DNA from: Paraphysomonas bandaiensis
Taxonomy: Eukaryota; Protista; Chrysophyceae
Reading direction: 5' to 3'
DNA length: 49,043 nucleotides
NCBI GenBank assembly: GCA_965644295.1
Contig: CBFFRP010000388.1
Span: 1-49,043, forward strand
Below are positions 35,981 through 49,043 of the stretch, piece by piece (the first letter of the stretch is position 1; every line of letters starts with the position of its first letter). The notes beneath the pieces are model-generated. The model was not told the origin of the DNA. It saw only the letters and a program-made list of their open reading frames with translations, and did not search any database. A program made the position numbers and the translations under genes.

Positions 35981-38425
35981 ATGACTTCTCATTACAGGGA
36001 GTGGTGCCTGTTTCTCTTTATCATTGCTAGCATATCTTCATTCTTTCCTTTGTATATAAATGTCAATGGGGCGGACTTCAGTTATTTTGATCAGAAATCC
36101 AGCTTTGATTGGAAGGAATATCGTTTGCTGTGTCTGGCAGCTGTTTCCACCGCACTGCCCTTATTTCTAGACACCCTATTGGACTTCAAGCTTCCATTGC
36201 GAATCACAGGCCCACGTTGGGTGTTCGTTTTGGCATTAATTATCCCGAATGCCATTAGTTTTTTTTCAACAAGAGTTATAACCGCTCATACGGTGTCTGT
36301 TGCTGTCTGTTGTGTGTTTTGCAGAGAGTTCTTGATGAACGGCGCTCTCTTAAGCTTTTTGCTTCATCGAAATTGCAATAAAAGAACTGTAATAGCAACC
36401 TCAGTCATGGCATTTCTCACCATAGTAGTTTTACACATCAGACTATGTTTCGTATTTGGTGTGTCTTTGTATGGTGTTGGATGGATGCGTGCGACCTATG
36501 CACTGAGCTCACTACGAGATTTATTGTTATTTGCGATATGTACCAAACGCTTTGTTAGCATGCAGCCCAATAGCGAAGAATATATGGATACGATTTATGC
36601 ATCGCTTCCAGTGGTTGGAGTAGCCCTAAAGGCTATTGTGGTATTTGGAGCGGACCAGCTCACGTACATGATCGCAGTTGACATATTTCTTTGTATTGTT
36701 GCAACTGTACTTCCTGGAAGGCACGCAAGACACGAGAAGTCTATTGCCGAGGTAAAATTCACAAGTCGTAAATACAATTTGATTCATTGTTTATAGCATA
36801 TTCTTCAATCCAAGCGTGATTTTGTGAGCTACATCTCTCATGAGCTCAGGACCCCTCTTAACACTGTCTACATGGGCATTCAGCTGCTCTCAAGTCGAAT
36901 GTCATCGCTACATTGCGATAAACAATCAGATTTGCATGACATTGTTTCTGATATCGAGTCGTCATGTTGCATAGCGATTGATATATTGAGCGATTTACTT
37001 GTTGTTAACAAAGTTGAGGATGGGGTTCTGCAACTGGACAGGAAAGAGCAGTCTGTCAGGCAGCTTCTGTCTACTGTAGTTGACCCTTTCAATGTTCAGG
37101 TACTAGTTTTTTATTGTGGACATTTGTTACAACTAAATTTTGTATTGAATGGTAGGCTCAGCAGAAACAGATTATTTTTGAACATAGTGATGCTAAGCAC
37201 TTAGACCCTTCCATTGCTGAAGAAGAAACACGTATCTGCGTTGACGTGAGCAAATTTAGTCAAGTTCTCCGAAATTTAATATCGAACGCTTTGAAGTTCA
37301 CTCCATCTGGGGGTAGAGTAGACCTATATGCTTTTCTTACGACACGACCACCTTACGACAGCGCTACTAAGAATAAAGCTAATCCCATTCGAAGAAATAC
37401 TCGTGTTTTTTCATCCATGAGTGAGTCGTCTGTTACGCACAATCAACTTGCCGACAGTTCATCCAGTGATGCGAGTACTACTGTCCTGAGGATCGAGGTT
37501 CATGACACCGGGCCTGGTGTGTCAGAGGTTAGCAATGTCGTAATGTGTAGTGTATTCTCTGCTGATAGTTTAGTAGGAAAACCAGAAACGCTTGTTCAAT
37601 GAGATTGTCCAGTTCAACGCAGCAGAACTTCAGGGAGGGGGAGGATCAGGATTGGGTCTCTGGATATCTAAGGCAATCATGGACCATCATGGGGGTACTT
37701 TGGGTGTGATATCTACCCCCGGTATGGGGTCCATATTTTATATCGAAGTGGAAGTTCTACCACCAGCAAGCTCCACGTGCTCGACAGATGGGTGTGATAA
37801 ATTCAGCTTGTCTGAATCGAGAGAAGCTATTATCTCCCCGTCTTCAATACGGAAGATGTCCTCAGCCTTCCGTCGTTACATTCCAGTCTCCCCAAAGGTA
37901 AATATAGTGAGTGACTGTGAGCCAGCAGAGTCCGCCGAGAGAAAAGATAGCTTGGAACGATTGACAGTAGGTAATATTACGATCAACAAAGTGCTAGTTG
38001 TGGATGATTCGTCGGTGAACCGTAAGATGATATGCCGTCTTCTAGTTCCACTGGTAGGATCCGTATCGCAGGCTGGTGATGGAGCAGAAGCACTCCAATT
38101 AGTAACAGATGCACTAAATGAAGGAAACTCATATGATATAGTATTTATGGATGTAAATATGCCTGTCATGGATGGCGTTAGAGCAACTCGCCTAATGAGA
38201 TCTGCCGGATACAAAGGATATATTACTTTTCTAACAGGAAACGCAATGCCTGAAGAGCGGGCATCATTCTTTAGTGCGGGAGGAGATGACGTTCTGATTA
38301 AGCCCTGCACCCTTGCTAACTTGGAGGGTGTTCTTATAGGTATACATCTCCTATTTACTTCATTGTACTGTTGGCTAATATACTATTATGTAGCTGCGTA
38401 CAGAGAATTACGCTGTACAGCATAA
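35981..38425 (+). CDS. Membrane-bound hybrid histidine kinase (TM-HisKA-HATPase-receiver), multi-exon
   Basis: Multiple TM helices; SHELRTPLN; NLISNALKFT; DTGPG; GSGLGL; receiver VVDD..FMDVNMPVMDG..LTG..KP. Confidence 0.93.
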
Positions 38426-38806
38426 ACATTATACATTCATTAGGTATAATCCGAGGAGTATATGTAGAAAATTCGGTGGAAATGCTGCGCTACAATATAA
38501 AGCTTGAAAGCGCATTGCACATATTGCTTTCGACTGGAATGAATTATATGTTTGCCATTTCTCATTTGATTCGAAAATGGCTGAATTAAAATAAATAGGT
38601 AAATGTAAGAGTCAAGTATTTCTCTTGTAGTTATTCGAATTTGAAATAACTATGAATACAAGCTTATTACTACAGTTCTCAGATTAAGTCATTATTACGA
38701 TATATATATATTATCAATGTGCTAAATCATAAACTAGTGGCTAGTAGCCACCGGCTGAATCGCTATAGTAATCTTGCCAATGTATATTTCTGTAAATTCC
38801 ATTACG

Positions 38807-39345
38807 ATATATATACTAGTGGTGAATGTCTTATTATTAGCAATAGGCGTTTAAGAGTAAGTGCTTAACTCTAATTTCCTACTATTTAACAATACAAAAA
38901 AACGAGGAGGAGAAAAGCGGCAAGCCTTTTTTTAACCCCCGCTTTTCCCCTCCTCGTTTTTCTAATACGAAAACTGCTTGTGCGTCATCGAAAGCACCAA
39001 GATGCAACCACTTTCGCTCTATCGCTCAAAAAGCAGACGCAGTGAGTAAGTAAAATGTTGAAATACCAGGCATCAGCTGACTTCAGGATATTTGATTTCT
39101 TAAGGTGAACAGCCCGGATGCTTGGCATCAGCAGGCAGCCCAACACCCCGGATGCCTTCGAGGTGGGCCCATCCCAAGACCCCAGACGGCTGTTTACTCG
39201 TCATGGCCCAAAGACGTCTACACAAGCATTTGGCTATGAGCGGGAAAAAATTATCTACTGGCTCTATATATGCGGCCCACTTTAACTTATCTCCGGTACT
39301 TATCCCTCAGAACACCACTAAAAGGTGTGAGGCAGACTTTGTTGA
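38807..39345 (-). mobile_element. Longest copy of the non-LTR/SINE-like family, with (TA)n tail
   Basis: Homologous to 22755-22922, 10095-10290 and 31061-31237. TATATATA at the 3' end (about 38807-38816). Confidence 0.75.
38896..38963. mobile_element. 68-bp miniature inverted-repeat insertion
   Basis: 25-bp inverted arms (2 mismatches) and 5-bp direct repeat AATAC on both sides. Absent from the homologous copies. Confidence 0.75.
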
Positions 39346-39959
39346 AGGACGATATATATATACTAAGGCAATATCGTTTTAAGAATGGTTTTTACTTTAA
39401 TTGTATTTTGTCAATAGTTCAACAATTTTATAGTGTTTTATGTATTGCTGAATTTCTGACAAACTTCTCACACGCACGCTCTCCCATCCCTGGTTTCACA
39501 CCGCCATAATCAAACTAGCAAAAGCCGCATGGAATCCAAACACCCCCCAGGTTGAGCGCTACTGGACCGGCCACATTACTGCCACACAATTGGCCGACGC
39601 ATTCGGACGCCACATATCCAGCTCACTGCTCGAACATCAGCTCCACGCCCTTGTTTACACTCTCATCTACATTTTGCCCCATCCACTCCTCACATAACCC
39701 ATGGCACAGGCCCGCCAGACACATTGCCCAAAGGTAGACCCCCCGACTAACCTCACTACAAGGGACGGTTGCACCATGGTGCTCGCAGCGATGCACAAGC
39801 AGTCCCGAGACGGTTGCCCGCCACTAGTAGTATATATAGCAAGGCCAGTTTTCAGTCAGTCTATAGTAGATGTAAAACTAGTTTCTGTACACAACCGTTC
39901 TCATGTAATAATCAGACTTTCTTATATTGCTGAATTTTCTGAAGCACTGCCAAAATAAT

Positions 39960-40240
39960 CTCACATATAATAACATCTGTCTCATTATTTTTAGCAATAG
40001 AGGCATGGAAGTATTAAAACTAATAGAAATTGAAACTAAACAGAGGTCTACCTATCACTATTAATGCTAATATCCTACTATATATATCGCTATGGATATT
40101 GCTTGTGAGTCGCCGCAAGCACCAAGGTGCGACCACCTCCGCTTTGAGTAGGTGAAAAGGGTTTGAGTTGGTCCTCTGGAGGGTGTAGTGCTCCACCTAG
40201 GCTATGCTTGCTCCGGCAGGCAGCCCTTGGGGTATGGGTC
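39960..40240 (-). mobile_element. Diverged copy of the non-LTR/SINE-like family
   Basis: Contains the conserved hairpin motif (40099-40134), GGGCTGCCTGC..CAAGCAT and the ATTGCTAA-like 3' end. Confidence 0.6.
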
Positions 40241-41702
40241 TGTGCATCGAACTTAAGCTGTACGTTCAGTTAATTAAGTTTTATAGCAAGAATCGAAACC
40301 TTTGAGGTCTGGTGGAGCGACCTCGACAAAAAGTTGAAGAAAAAGGATGTATGCATTAGCTTCATTTTTTAGGCTATTCAACCTTTGGTAGAAGCCCTCG
40401 AAATCTTTGAACAATACTTCAATACGATGATCCCTAAGTAATTGTGTAATGTAGTGAGTTGTGAGTTAATTACAAGACTCTTGTACTATACTGTCAAAAA
40501 ATAAACGGTTTTTTCGCTTGTTAACAAATTGTAAGTAGTGATAAATATGCAAGAGATGATGGTCGAATAGTTTAGAGTCAAATAGTAGTTCACTGGCAAC
40601 ACTTTACTGGGATCTTGTTGCTTATATTGACTGTTTACACTGACATTCATGCTCTTATAGATTACAAGAAAAATATATGCGGACAGTCTTTTTAGGTGTG
40701 CGAGTAGGACAGCACTTTTAACAGTTTGGAGTTTACTATATTTGGTGAATAGCTTGTGACAGAGACAGTACAAATTCTAGTATCGAACTTAAAGAGCATT
40801 CTTCGTTGCAGATAATAATCAGAATTGTTCGATATTATAATAATAGATGAGTTATGTGGTTATGAAGAGTAATTTATGATTAACTAAATCTATTTTCAAA
40901 GACACATAAGCATGAGCAATATAATATATCTATTTTATTGCAATATATTGCAATATATTGTGAGGCCAAATTTTGTTAAAATAGTAATAAATATATTGTA
41001 GCAAAGAAAGTATATAATAGCAAGTAGTCTTATATCCAATATATAGTTTTACCTGGCCCTGTGCAAAGAGGCTAGTGTAACGTGTAACGTTTTAGTGGTG
41101 AAACGTAGTATGAATTGGTCGATTTGAACTAGCAGTTTGCTAGCTTCAAAATATTTGCTGGAGACTTGGTGTGTGCGGCTATTGGTCGTCTCAATTCTCA
41201 ATGGAATCACTAAAAAATGGTAGAGCGAGCTGATTGACTCAAACGCTGATACAACTGTTGAAAGTTTGCTGGATGAGGCACACACGAACTTCACAGTCAC
41301 TATATTACTCATGTGTGCAACGCTATAAAACAGTAATGGAAAAGTATTTATATTCAATTTACTAACTACTAACCACATATTACATATTGTAGTCGTGCAC
41401 TGCAACTAGGGAAATGCAAGATCGGGAAGACCATGACAATATCATAGGTTTCCTACGCATTAATATTTACTTATTATACTTCACTAGCTAACGATAACTA
41501 ATAATCGCAAATCATAGTTATGGAAATATACGCATATTTTTGTATCATTCACAATAGAGCCACTGGTACAGATAACGTGCTCAACAAAGTGAAGAGCAGC
41601 CACGTTCTTTCCGACCATACAAAAGTATCGAAAATCAGTCTGCACGTTCACATATTTCCACCATCAACCTATTGCATTCTTGCAGTAAATCCGAGCAAAA
41701 GA

Positions 41703-42712
41703 CTAGTATATGACCACAGATTGATAAGTGGGCACAAGATATTTGATGTTGATAAAGGCATCTTCTCCGCCATGGATCTCAAGTTGTTCAAGAGTTTCGG
41801 AAATGAGTTCACCAAGATTCATCCTCTTCCGCTGACTGTAGTCAATGCCGTCGCCGAGGTTCTCATTATTGTTAATAAAGATATTGAGTACTGGGAGAAT
41901 CTGTCGGTAGTACGGTACCAAAGCTTGCCCAATAAGCCCCCCTCCGTTCTGGGTGTCGCAATTAACAAGTGCCTGCAATATTTTTAGAACCTTGACAATA
42001 ACCTCTTTTTGTCGCGTATTAAGGGCGGTTTTGATTGGAATAATTAACTGTGGAATGACTGGAAGAACCTTATGGGAGCCAGCTTCCAACATATCTAAAA
42101 CGGCCTGCTCTGCAACAAAGGCATATGGCTGCTCAACTTCCCTCAAGCCGTCAAAGAAGATAGGTAAGTAGTGATGAAAGTCCAACTTTTGAATTTCAAC
42201 TTTCCATGCTAAACGGTTAGCAACGCCCCCGTGGTCAATTTGGATGGGTAAATCGCCGCGCTCGTAAAACCTGATAAGCTTCGTCATAGACGCTAAGGAA
42301 ACGTAGACAAACTACCTTCGGAGTTCAGTATTGGGAGGGTTTGCACGTGGAGCAAATGCAGAATGTGGATTGCGCTTAGGACTTCTTGACTTTCTATTTG
42401 GTGGAGACTCAGGCCCTGTGTTTACTGTCACCTTGGGTACCTGACTAATATTATTGCGACAAACGGGACAAAGTAATCAAGACATACCACAACAGTTCCA
42501 CCTAGTCCTGTACCTCTCTTTAATGATGAGGCAGGATTTGGTTTTGCTGTCTTCTTACTGTGTGAGAAGGCACTAACATCTACATCAACACTAGAGCCGA
42601 TGTGGTGTCCGCCAGGCCTTTCTTTTATTGCTGCCATATTAGTGGCATCAAAAGCTGATCCCGTCTCAGGAAAAGGCTTTCTCCTTGGGTTTAATCTAAG
42701 GTCAGTAGTCAT
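41703..42712 (-). CDS. PACRG: Parkin co-regulated gene protein (axonemal inner junction), multi-exon
   Basis: [76 protein letters not shown]. Confidence 0.96.
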
Positions 42713-43057
42713 CGACTTGCTTGAACAAATACACCTGCTATCGACCAATATGACTATATATATCTGTATGTATGTATGTGTTGTGGAGACTGCAGAACTG
42801 ATCTGGAAAGAATGATCACGAAAGATGAAACTGCTAACTAGATGAAACGAAGTGATAAAGTGAAAGATCATGTGAGATGAGATATCTTCAACAGACACAA
42901 TTAAACTGAAAAAAAAGACAACTCTTATAAAGACAAATCATCACAGAAAGGCCTCTAGCTAAGCAATATGATTGGATATACACTACATTCTATAACATTC
43001 GCCACACAAAAATAAATACACATGATGGGATAGCCAGAAACCCCAGTGAGTCAGTCT

Positions 43058-46000
43058 CATTGATGATAATATTTTTCATACTCTACTCTGGTGCTCTGAG
43101 AAGAGCGCTAGTCATTGTGAGAGTGAATAATGCAAAAATCTATTTCTGAGGGATATAATTGTGTGATGGAATCAATCGTGTTGTTGTTGTTGCTATGTTG
43201 TGGTGTGTATGGCAGCTGTTGCTGTAATTGTTTTTGCTGTGGGTGTTATTATATATATCCCATTGATGATAATATTTTTCATACTCTACTCTGGTGCTCT
43301 GAGAAGAGCGCTAGTCATTGTGAGAGTGAATAATGCAAAAATCTATTTCTGAGGGATATAATTGTGTGTTCTGGAATCAATCGTGTTGTTGTTGTTGCTA
43401 TGTTGTGGTGTGTATGGCAGCTGTTGCTGTAATTGTTTTTGCTGTGGGTGTTATTATATATATCCCATTGATGATAATATTTTTCATACTCTACTCTGGT
43501 GCTCTGAGAAGAGCGCTAGTCATTGTGAGAGTGAATAATGCAAACATCTATTTCTGAGGGATATAATTGTGTGTTCTGGAATCAATCGTGTTGTTGTTGT
43601 TGCTATGTTGTGGTGTGTATGGCAGCTGTTGCTGTAATTGTTTTTGCTGTGGGTGTTATTATATATATCCCATTGATGATAATATTTTTCATACTCTACT
43701 CTGGTGCTCTGAGAAGAGCGCTAGTCATTGTGAGAGTGAATAATGCAAAAATCTATTTCTGAGGGATATAATTGTGTGTTATGGAATCAATCGTGTTGTT
43801 GTTGTTGCTATGTTGTGGTGTGTATGGCAGCTGTTGCTGTAATTGTTTTTGCTGTGGGTGTTATTATATATATCCCATTGATGATAATATTTTTCATACT
43901 CTACTCTGGTGCTCTGAGAAGAGCGCTAGTCATTGTGAGAGTGAATAATGCAAAAATCTATTTCTGAGGGATATAATTGTGTGTTATGGAATCAATCGTG
44001 TTGTTGTTGTTGCTATGTTGTGGTGTGTATGGCAGCTGTTGCTGTAATTGTTTTTGCTGTGGGTGTTATTATATATATCCCATTGATGATAATATTTTTC
44101 ATACTCTACTCTGGTGCTCTGAGAAGAGCGCTAGTCATTGTGAGAGTGAATAATGCAAAAATCTATTTCTGAGGGATATAATTGTGTGTTATGGAATCAA
44201 TCGTGTTGTTGTTGTTGCTATGTTGTGGTGTGTATGGCAGCTGTTGCTGTAATTGTTTTTGCTGTGGGTGTTATTATATATATCCCATTGATGATAATAT
44301 TTTTCATACTCTACTCTGGTGCTCTGAGAAGAGCGCTAGTCATTGTGAGAGTGAATAATGCAAAAATCTATTTCTGAGGGATATAATTGTGTGTTATGGA
44401 ATCAATCGTGTTGTTGTTGTTGCTATGTTGTGGTGTGTATGGCAGCTGTTGCTGTAATTGTTTTTGCTGTGGGTGTTATTATATATATCCCATTGATGAT
44501 AATATTTTTCATACTCTACTCTGGTGCTCTGAGAAGAGCGCTAGTCATTGTGAGAGTGAATAATGCAAAAATCTATTTCTGAGGGATATAATTGTGTGTT
44601 ATGGAATCAATCGTGTTGTTGTTGTTGCTATGTTGTGGTGTGTATGGCAGCTGTTGCTGTAATTGTTTTTGCTGTGGGTGTTATTATATATATCCCATTG
44701 ATGATAATATTTTTCATACTCTACTCTGGTGCTCTGAGAAGAGCGCTAGTCATTGTGAGAGTGAATAATGCAAAAATCTATTTCTGAGGGATATAATTGT
44801 GTGTTATGGAATCAATCGTGTTGTTGTTGTTGCTATGTTGTGGTGTGTATGGCAGCTGTTGCTGTAATTGTTTTTGCTGTGGGTGTTATTATATATATCC
44901 CATTGATGATAATATTTTTCATACTCTACTCTGGTGCTCTGAGAAGAGCGCTAGTCATTGTGAGAGTGAATAATGCAAAAATCTATTTCTGAGGGATATA
45001 ATTGTGTGTTATGGAATCAATCGTGTTGTTGTTGTTGCTATGTTGTGGTGTGTATGGCAGCTGTTGCTGTAATTGTTTTTGCTGTGGGTGTTATTATATA
45101 TATCCCATTGATGATAATATTTTTCATACTCTACTCTGGTGCTCTGAGAAGAGCGCTAGTCATTGTGAGAGTGAATAATGCAAAAATCTATTTCTGAGGG
45201 ATATAATTGTGTGTTATGGAATCAATCGTGTTGTTGTTGTTGCTATGTTGTGGTGTGTATGGCAGCTGTTGCTGTAATTGTTTTTGCTGTGGGTGTTATT
45301 ATATATATCCCATTGATGATAATATTTTTCATACTCTACTCTGGTGCTCTGAGAAGAGCGCTAGTCATTGTGAGAGTGAATAATGCAAAAATCTATTTCT
45401 GAGGGATATAATTGTGTGTTATGGAATCAATCGTGTTGTTGTTGTTGCTATGTTGTGGTGTGTATGGCAGCTGTTGCTGTAATTGTTTTTGCTGTGGGTG
45501 TTATTATATATATCCCATTGATGATAATATTTTTCATACTCTACTCTGGTGCTCTGAGAAGAGCGCTAGTCATTGTGAGAGTGAATAATGCAAAAATCTA
45601 TTTCTGAGGGATATAATTGTGTGTTATGGAATCAATCGTGTTGTTGTTGTTGCTATGTTGTGGTGTGTATGGCAGCTGTACAGCTGTAATTGTTTTTGCT
45701 GTGGGTGTTATTATATATATCCCATTGATGATAATATTTTTCATACTCTACTCTGGTGCTCTGAGAAGAGCGCTAGTCATTGTGAGAGTGAATAATGCAA
45801 AAATCTATTTCTGAGGGATATAATTGTGTGTTATGGAATCAATCGTGTTGTTGTTGTTGCTATGTTGTGGTGTGTATGGCAGCTGTTGCTGTAATTGTTT
45901 TTGCTGTGGGTGTTATTATATATATCCCATTGATGATAATATTTTTCATACTCTACTCTGGTGCTCTGAGAAGAGCGCTAGTCATTGTGAGAGTGAATAA

Positions 46001-49000
46001 TGCAAAAATCTATTTCTGAGGGATATAATTGTGTGTTATGGAATCAATCGTGTTGTTGTTGTTGCTATGTTGTGGTGTGTATGGCAGCTGTTGCTGTAAT
46101 TGTTTTTGCTGTGGGTGTTATTATATATATCCCATTGATGATAATATTTTTCATACTCTACTCTGGTGCTCTGAGAAGAGCGCTAGTCATTGTGAGAGTG
46201 AATAATGCAAAAATCTATTTCTGAGGGATATAATTGTGTGTTATGGAATCAATCGTGTTGTTGTTGTTGCTATGTTGTGGTGTGTATGGCAGCTGTTGCT
46301 GTAATTGTTTTTGCTGTGGGTGTTATTATATATATCCCATTGATGATAATATTTTTCATACTCTACTCTGGTGCTCTGAGAAGAGCGCTAGTCATTGTGA
46401 GAGTGAATAATGCAAAAATCTATTTCTGAGGGATATAATTGTGTGTTATGGAATCAATCGTGTTGTTGTTGTTGCTATGTTGTGGTGTGTATGGCAGCTG
46501 TACAGCTGTAATTGTTTTTGCTGTGGGTGTTATTATATATATCCATTGATGATAATATTTTTCGTACTCTACTCTGGTGCTCTGAGAAGAGCGCTAGTCA
46601 TTGTGAGAGTGAATAATGCAAAAATCTATTTCTGAGGGATATAATTGTGTGTTATGGAATCAATCGTGTTGTTGTTGTTGCTATGTTGTGGTGTGTATGG
46701 CAGCTGTACAGCTGTAATTGTTTTTGCTGTGGGTGTTATTATATATATCCCATTGATGATAATATTTTTCATACTCTACTCTGGTGCTCTGAGAAGAGCG
46801 CTAGTCATTGTGAGAGTGAATAATGCAAAAATCTATTTCTGAGGGATATAATTGTGTGTTATGGAATCAATCGTGTTGTTGTTGTTGCTATGTTGTGGTG
46901 TGTATGGCAGCTGTTGCTGTAATTGTTTTTGCTGTGGGTGTTATTATATATATCCCATTGATGATAATATTTTTCATACTCTACTCTGGTGCTCTGAGAA
47001 GAGCGCTAGTCATTGTGAGAGTGAATAATGCAAAAATCTATTTCTGAGGGATATAATTGTGTGTTATGGAATCAATCGTGTTGTTGTTGTTGCTATGTTG
47101 TGGTGTGTATGGCAGCTGTTGCTGTAATTGTTTTTGCTGTGGGTGTTATTATATATATCCCATTGATGATAATATTTTTCATACTCTACTCTGGTGCTCT
47201 GAGAAGAGCGCTAGTCATTGTGAGAGTGAATAATGCAAAAATCTATTTCTGAGGGATATAATTGTGTGTTATGGAATCAATCGTGTTGTTGTTGTTGCTA
47301 TGTTGTGGTGTGTATGGCAGCTGTACAGCTGTAATTGTTTTTGCTGTGGGTGTTATTATATATATCCCATTGATGATAATATTTTTCGTACTCTACTCTG
47401 GTGCTCTGAGAAGAGCGCTAGTCATTGTGAGAGTGAATAATGCAAAAATCTATTTCTGAGGGATATAATTGTGTGTTATGGAATCAATCGTGTTGTTGTT
47501 GTTGCTATGTTGTGGTGTGTATGGCAGCTGTACAGCTGTAATTGTTTTTGCTGTGGGTGTTATTATATATATCCCATTGATGATAATATTTTTCATACTC
47601 TACTCTGGTGCTCTGAGAAGAGCGCTAGTCATTGTGAGAGTGAATAATGCAAAAATCTATTTCTGAGGGATATAATTGTGTGTTATGGAATCAATCGTGT
47701 TGTTGTTGTTGCTATGTTGTGGTGTGTATGGCAGCTGTTGCTGTAATTGTTTTTGCTGTGGGTGTTATTATATATATCCCATTGATGATAATATTTTTCA
47801 TACTCTACTCTGGTGCTCTGAGAAGAGCGCTAGTCATTGTGAGAGTGAATAATGCAAAAATCTATTTCTGAGGGATATAATTGTGTGTTATGGAATCAAT
47901 CGTGTTGTTGTTGTTGCTATGTTGTGGTGTGTATGGCAGCTGTACAGCTGTAATTGTTTTTGCTGTGGGTGTTATTATATATATCCCATTGATGATAATA
48001 TTTTTCATACTCTACTCTGGTGCTCTGAGAAGAGCGCTAGTCATTGTGAGAGTGAATAATGCAAAAATCTATTTCTGAGGGATATAATTGTGTGTTATGG
48101 AATCAATCGTGTTGTTGTTGTTGCTATGTTGTGGTGTGTATGGCAGCTGTTGCTGTAATTGTTTTTGCTGTGGGTGTTATTATATATATCCCATTGATGA
48201 TAATATTTTTCATACTCTACTCTGGTGCTCTGAGAAGAGCGCTAGTCATTGTGAGAGTGAATAATGCAAAAATCTATTTCTGAGGGATATAATTGTGTGT
48301 TATGGAATCAATCGTGTTGTTGTTGTTGCTATGTTGTGGTGTGTATGGCAGCTGTAATTGTTTTTGCTGTGGGTGTTATTATATATATCCCATTGATGAT
48401 AATATTTTTCATACTCTACTCTGGTGCTCTGAGAAGAGCGCTAGTCATTGTGAGAGTGAATAATGCAAAAATCTATTTCTGAGGGATATAATTGTGTGTT
48501 ATGGAATCAATCGTGTTGTTGTTGTTGCTATGTTGTGGTGTGTATGGCAGCTGTACAGCTGTAATTGTTTTTGCTGTGGGTGTTATTATATATATCCCAT
48601 TGATGATAATATTTTTCATACTCTACTCTGGTGCTCTGAGAAGAGCGCTAGTCATTGTGAGAGTGAATAATGCAAAAATCTATTTCTGAGGGATATAATT
48701 GTGTGTTATGGAATCAATCGTGTTGTTGTTGTTGCTATGTTGTGGTGTGTATGGCAGCTGTACAGCTGTAATTGTTTTTGCTGTGGGTGTTATTATATAT
48801 ATCCCATTGATGATAATATTTTTCATACTCTACTCTGGTGCTCTGAGAAGAGCGCTAGTCATTGTGAGAGTGAATAATGCAAAAATCTATTTCTGAGGGA
48901 TATAATTGTGTGTTATGGAATCAATCGTGTTGTTGTTGTTGCTATGTTGTGGTGTGTATGGCAGCTGTAATTGTTTTTGCTGTGGGTGTTATTATATATA

Positions 49001-49043
49001 TCCCATTGATGATAATATTTTTCATACTCTACTCTGGTGCTCT
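43058..49043. repeat. Satellite array, 205-bp unit (203/207/199-bp variants), about 29 copies, running off the window
   Basis: Near-identical units starting CATTGATGATAATATTTTTC; the ORF track repeats every 205 bp. Confidence 0.98.

Noticed and set aside
43130-48896. Repeated 74-aa/65-aa Cys-rich hydrophobic ORFs
   Set aside because: By-product of the TGT/GTT-rich 205-bp unit. Variants freely shift the frame, so there is no sign of coding constraint.
43058-49043. CRISPR-like array or tandem snRNA/SL-RNA genes
   Set aside because: Units are wholly repeated with no unique spacers, and I recognise no snRNA, 5S or tRNA sequence.

Overview
Eukaryotic genomic DNA with short GT-AG introns (about 50-90 nt). 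SAS-6 and PACRG point to a flagellated protist; a stramenopile such as a chrysophyte is my inference only. Host genes: GT61-like glycosyltransferase, SAS-6, papain-family protease, RPL32, an LRR membrane protein, SAP18, a hybrid histidine kinase and PACRG. They are interspersed with many mobile elements. (1) An apparently intact, very young Ty3/Gypsy LTR retrotransposon (276-7617) with unusual features: gag and pol in one frame separated by a single UGA-CUA stop, RT motif IFDN, a CCCH finger in Gag, TG..AA LTR ends and no tRNA PBS. (2) Two decayed copies of one Ty1/Copia family. (3) A 3.4-kb IS630/Tc1-mariner transposon whose 189-bp TIRs each contain the start codon of one of two convergent genes, a DD33E transposase and an unknown 513-aa Cys-rich protein. 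This is the best candidate for an undescribed system. (4) hAT MITE and remnants. (5) A dispersed non-LTR/SINE-like family sharing a conserved GNRA hairpin. (6) A pseudogenised bacterial-type segment (AAA-ATPase/PD-(D/E)XK nuclease plus ISL3 fragment). The last 6 kb is a 205-bp satellite array. All comparisons were made by eye; no searches or folding were run.
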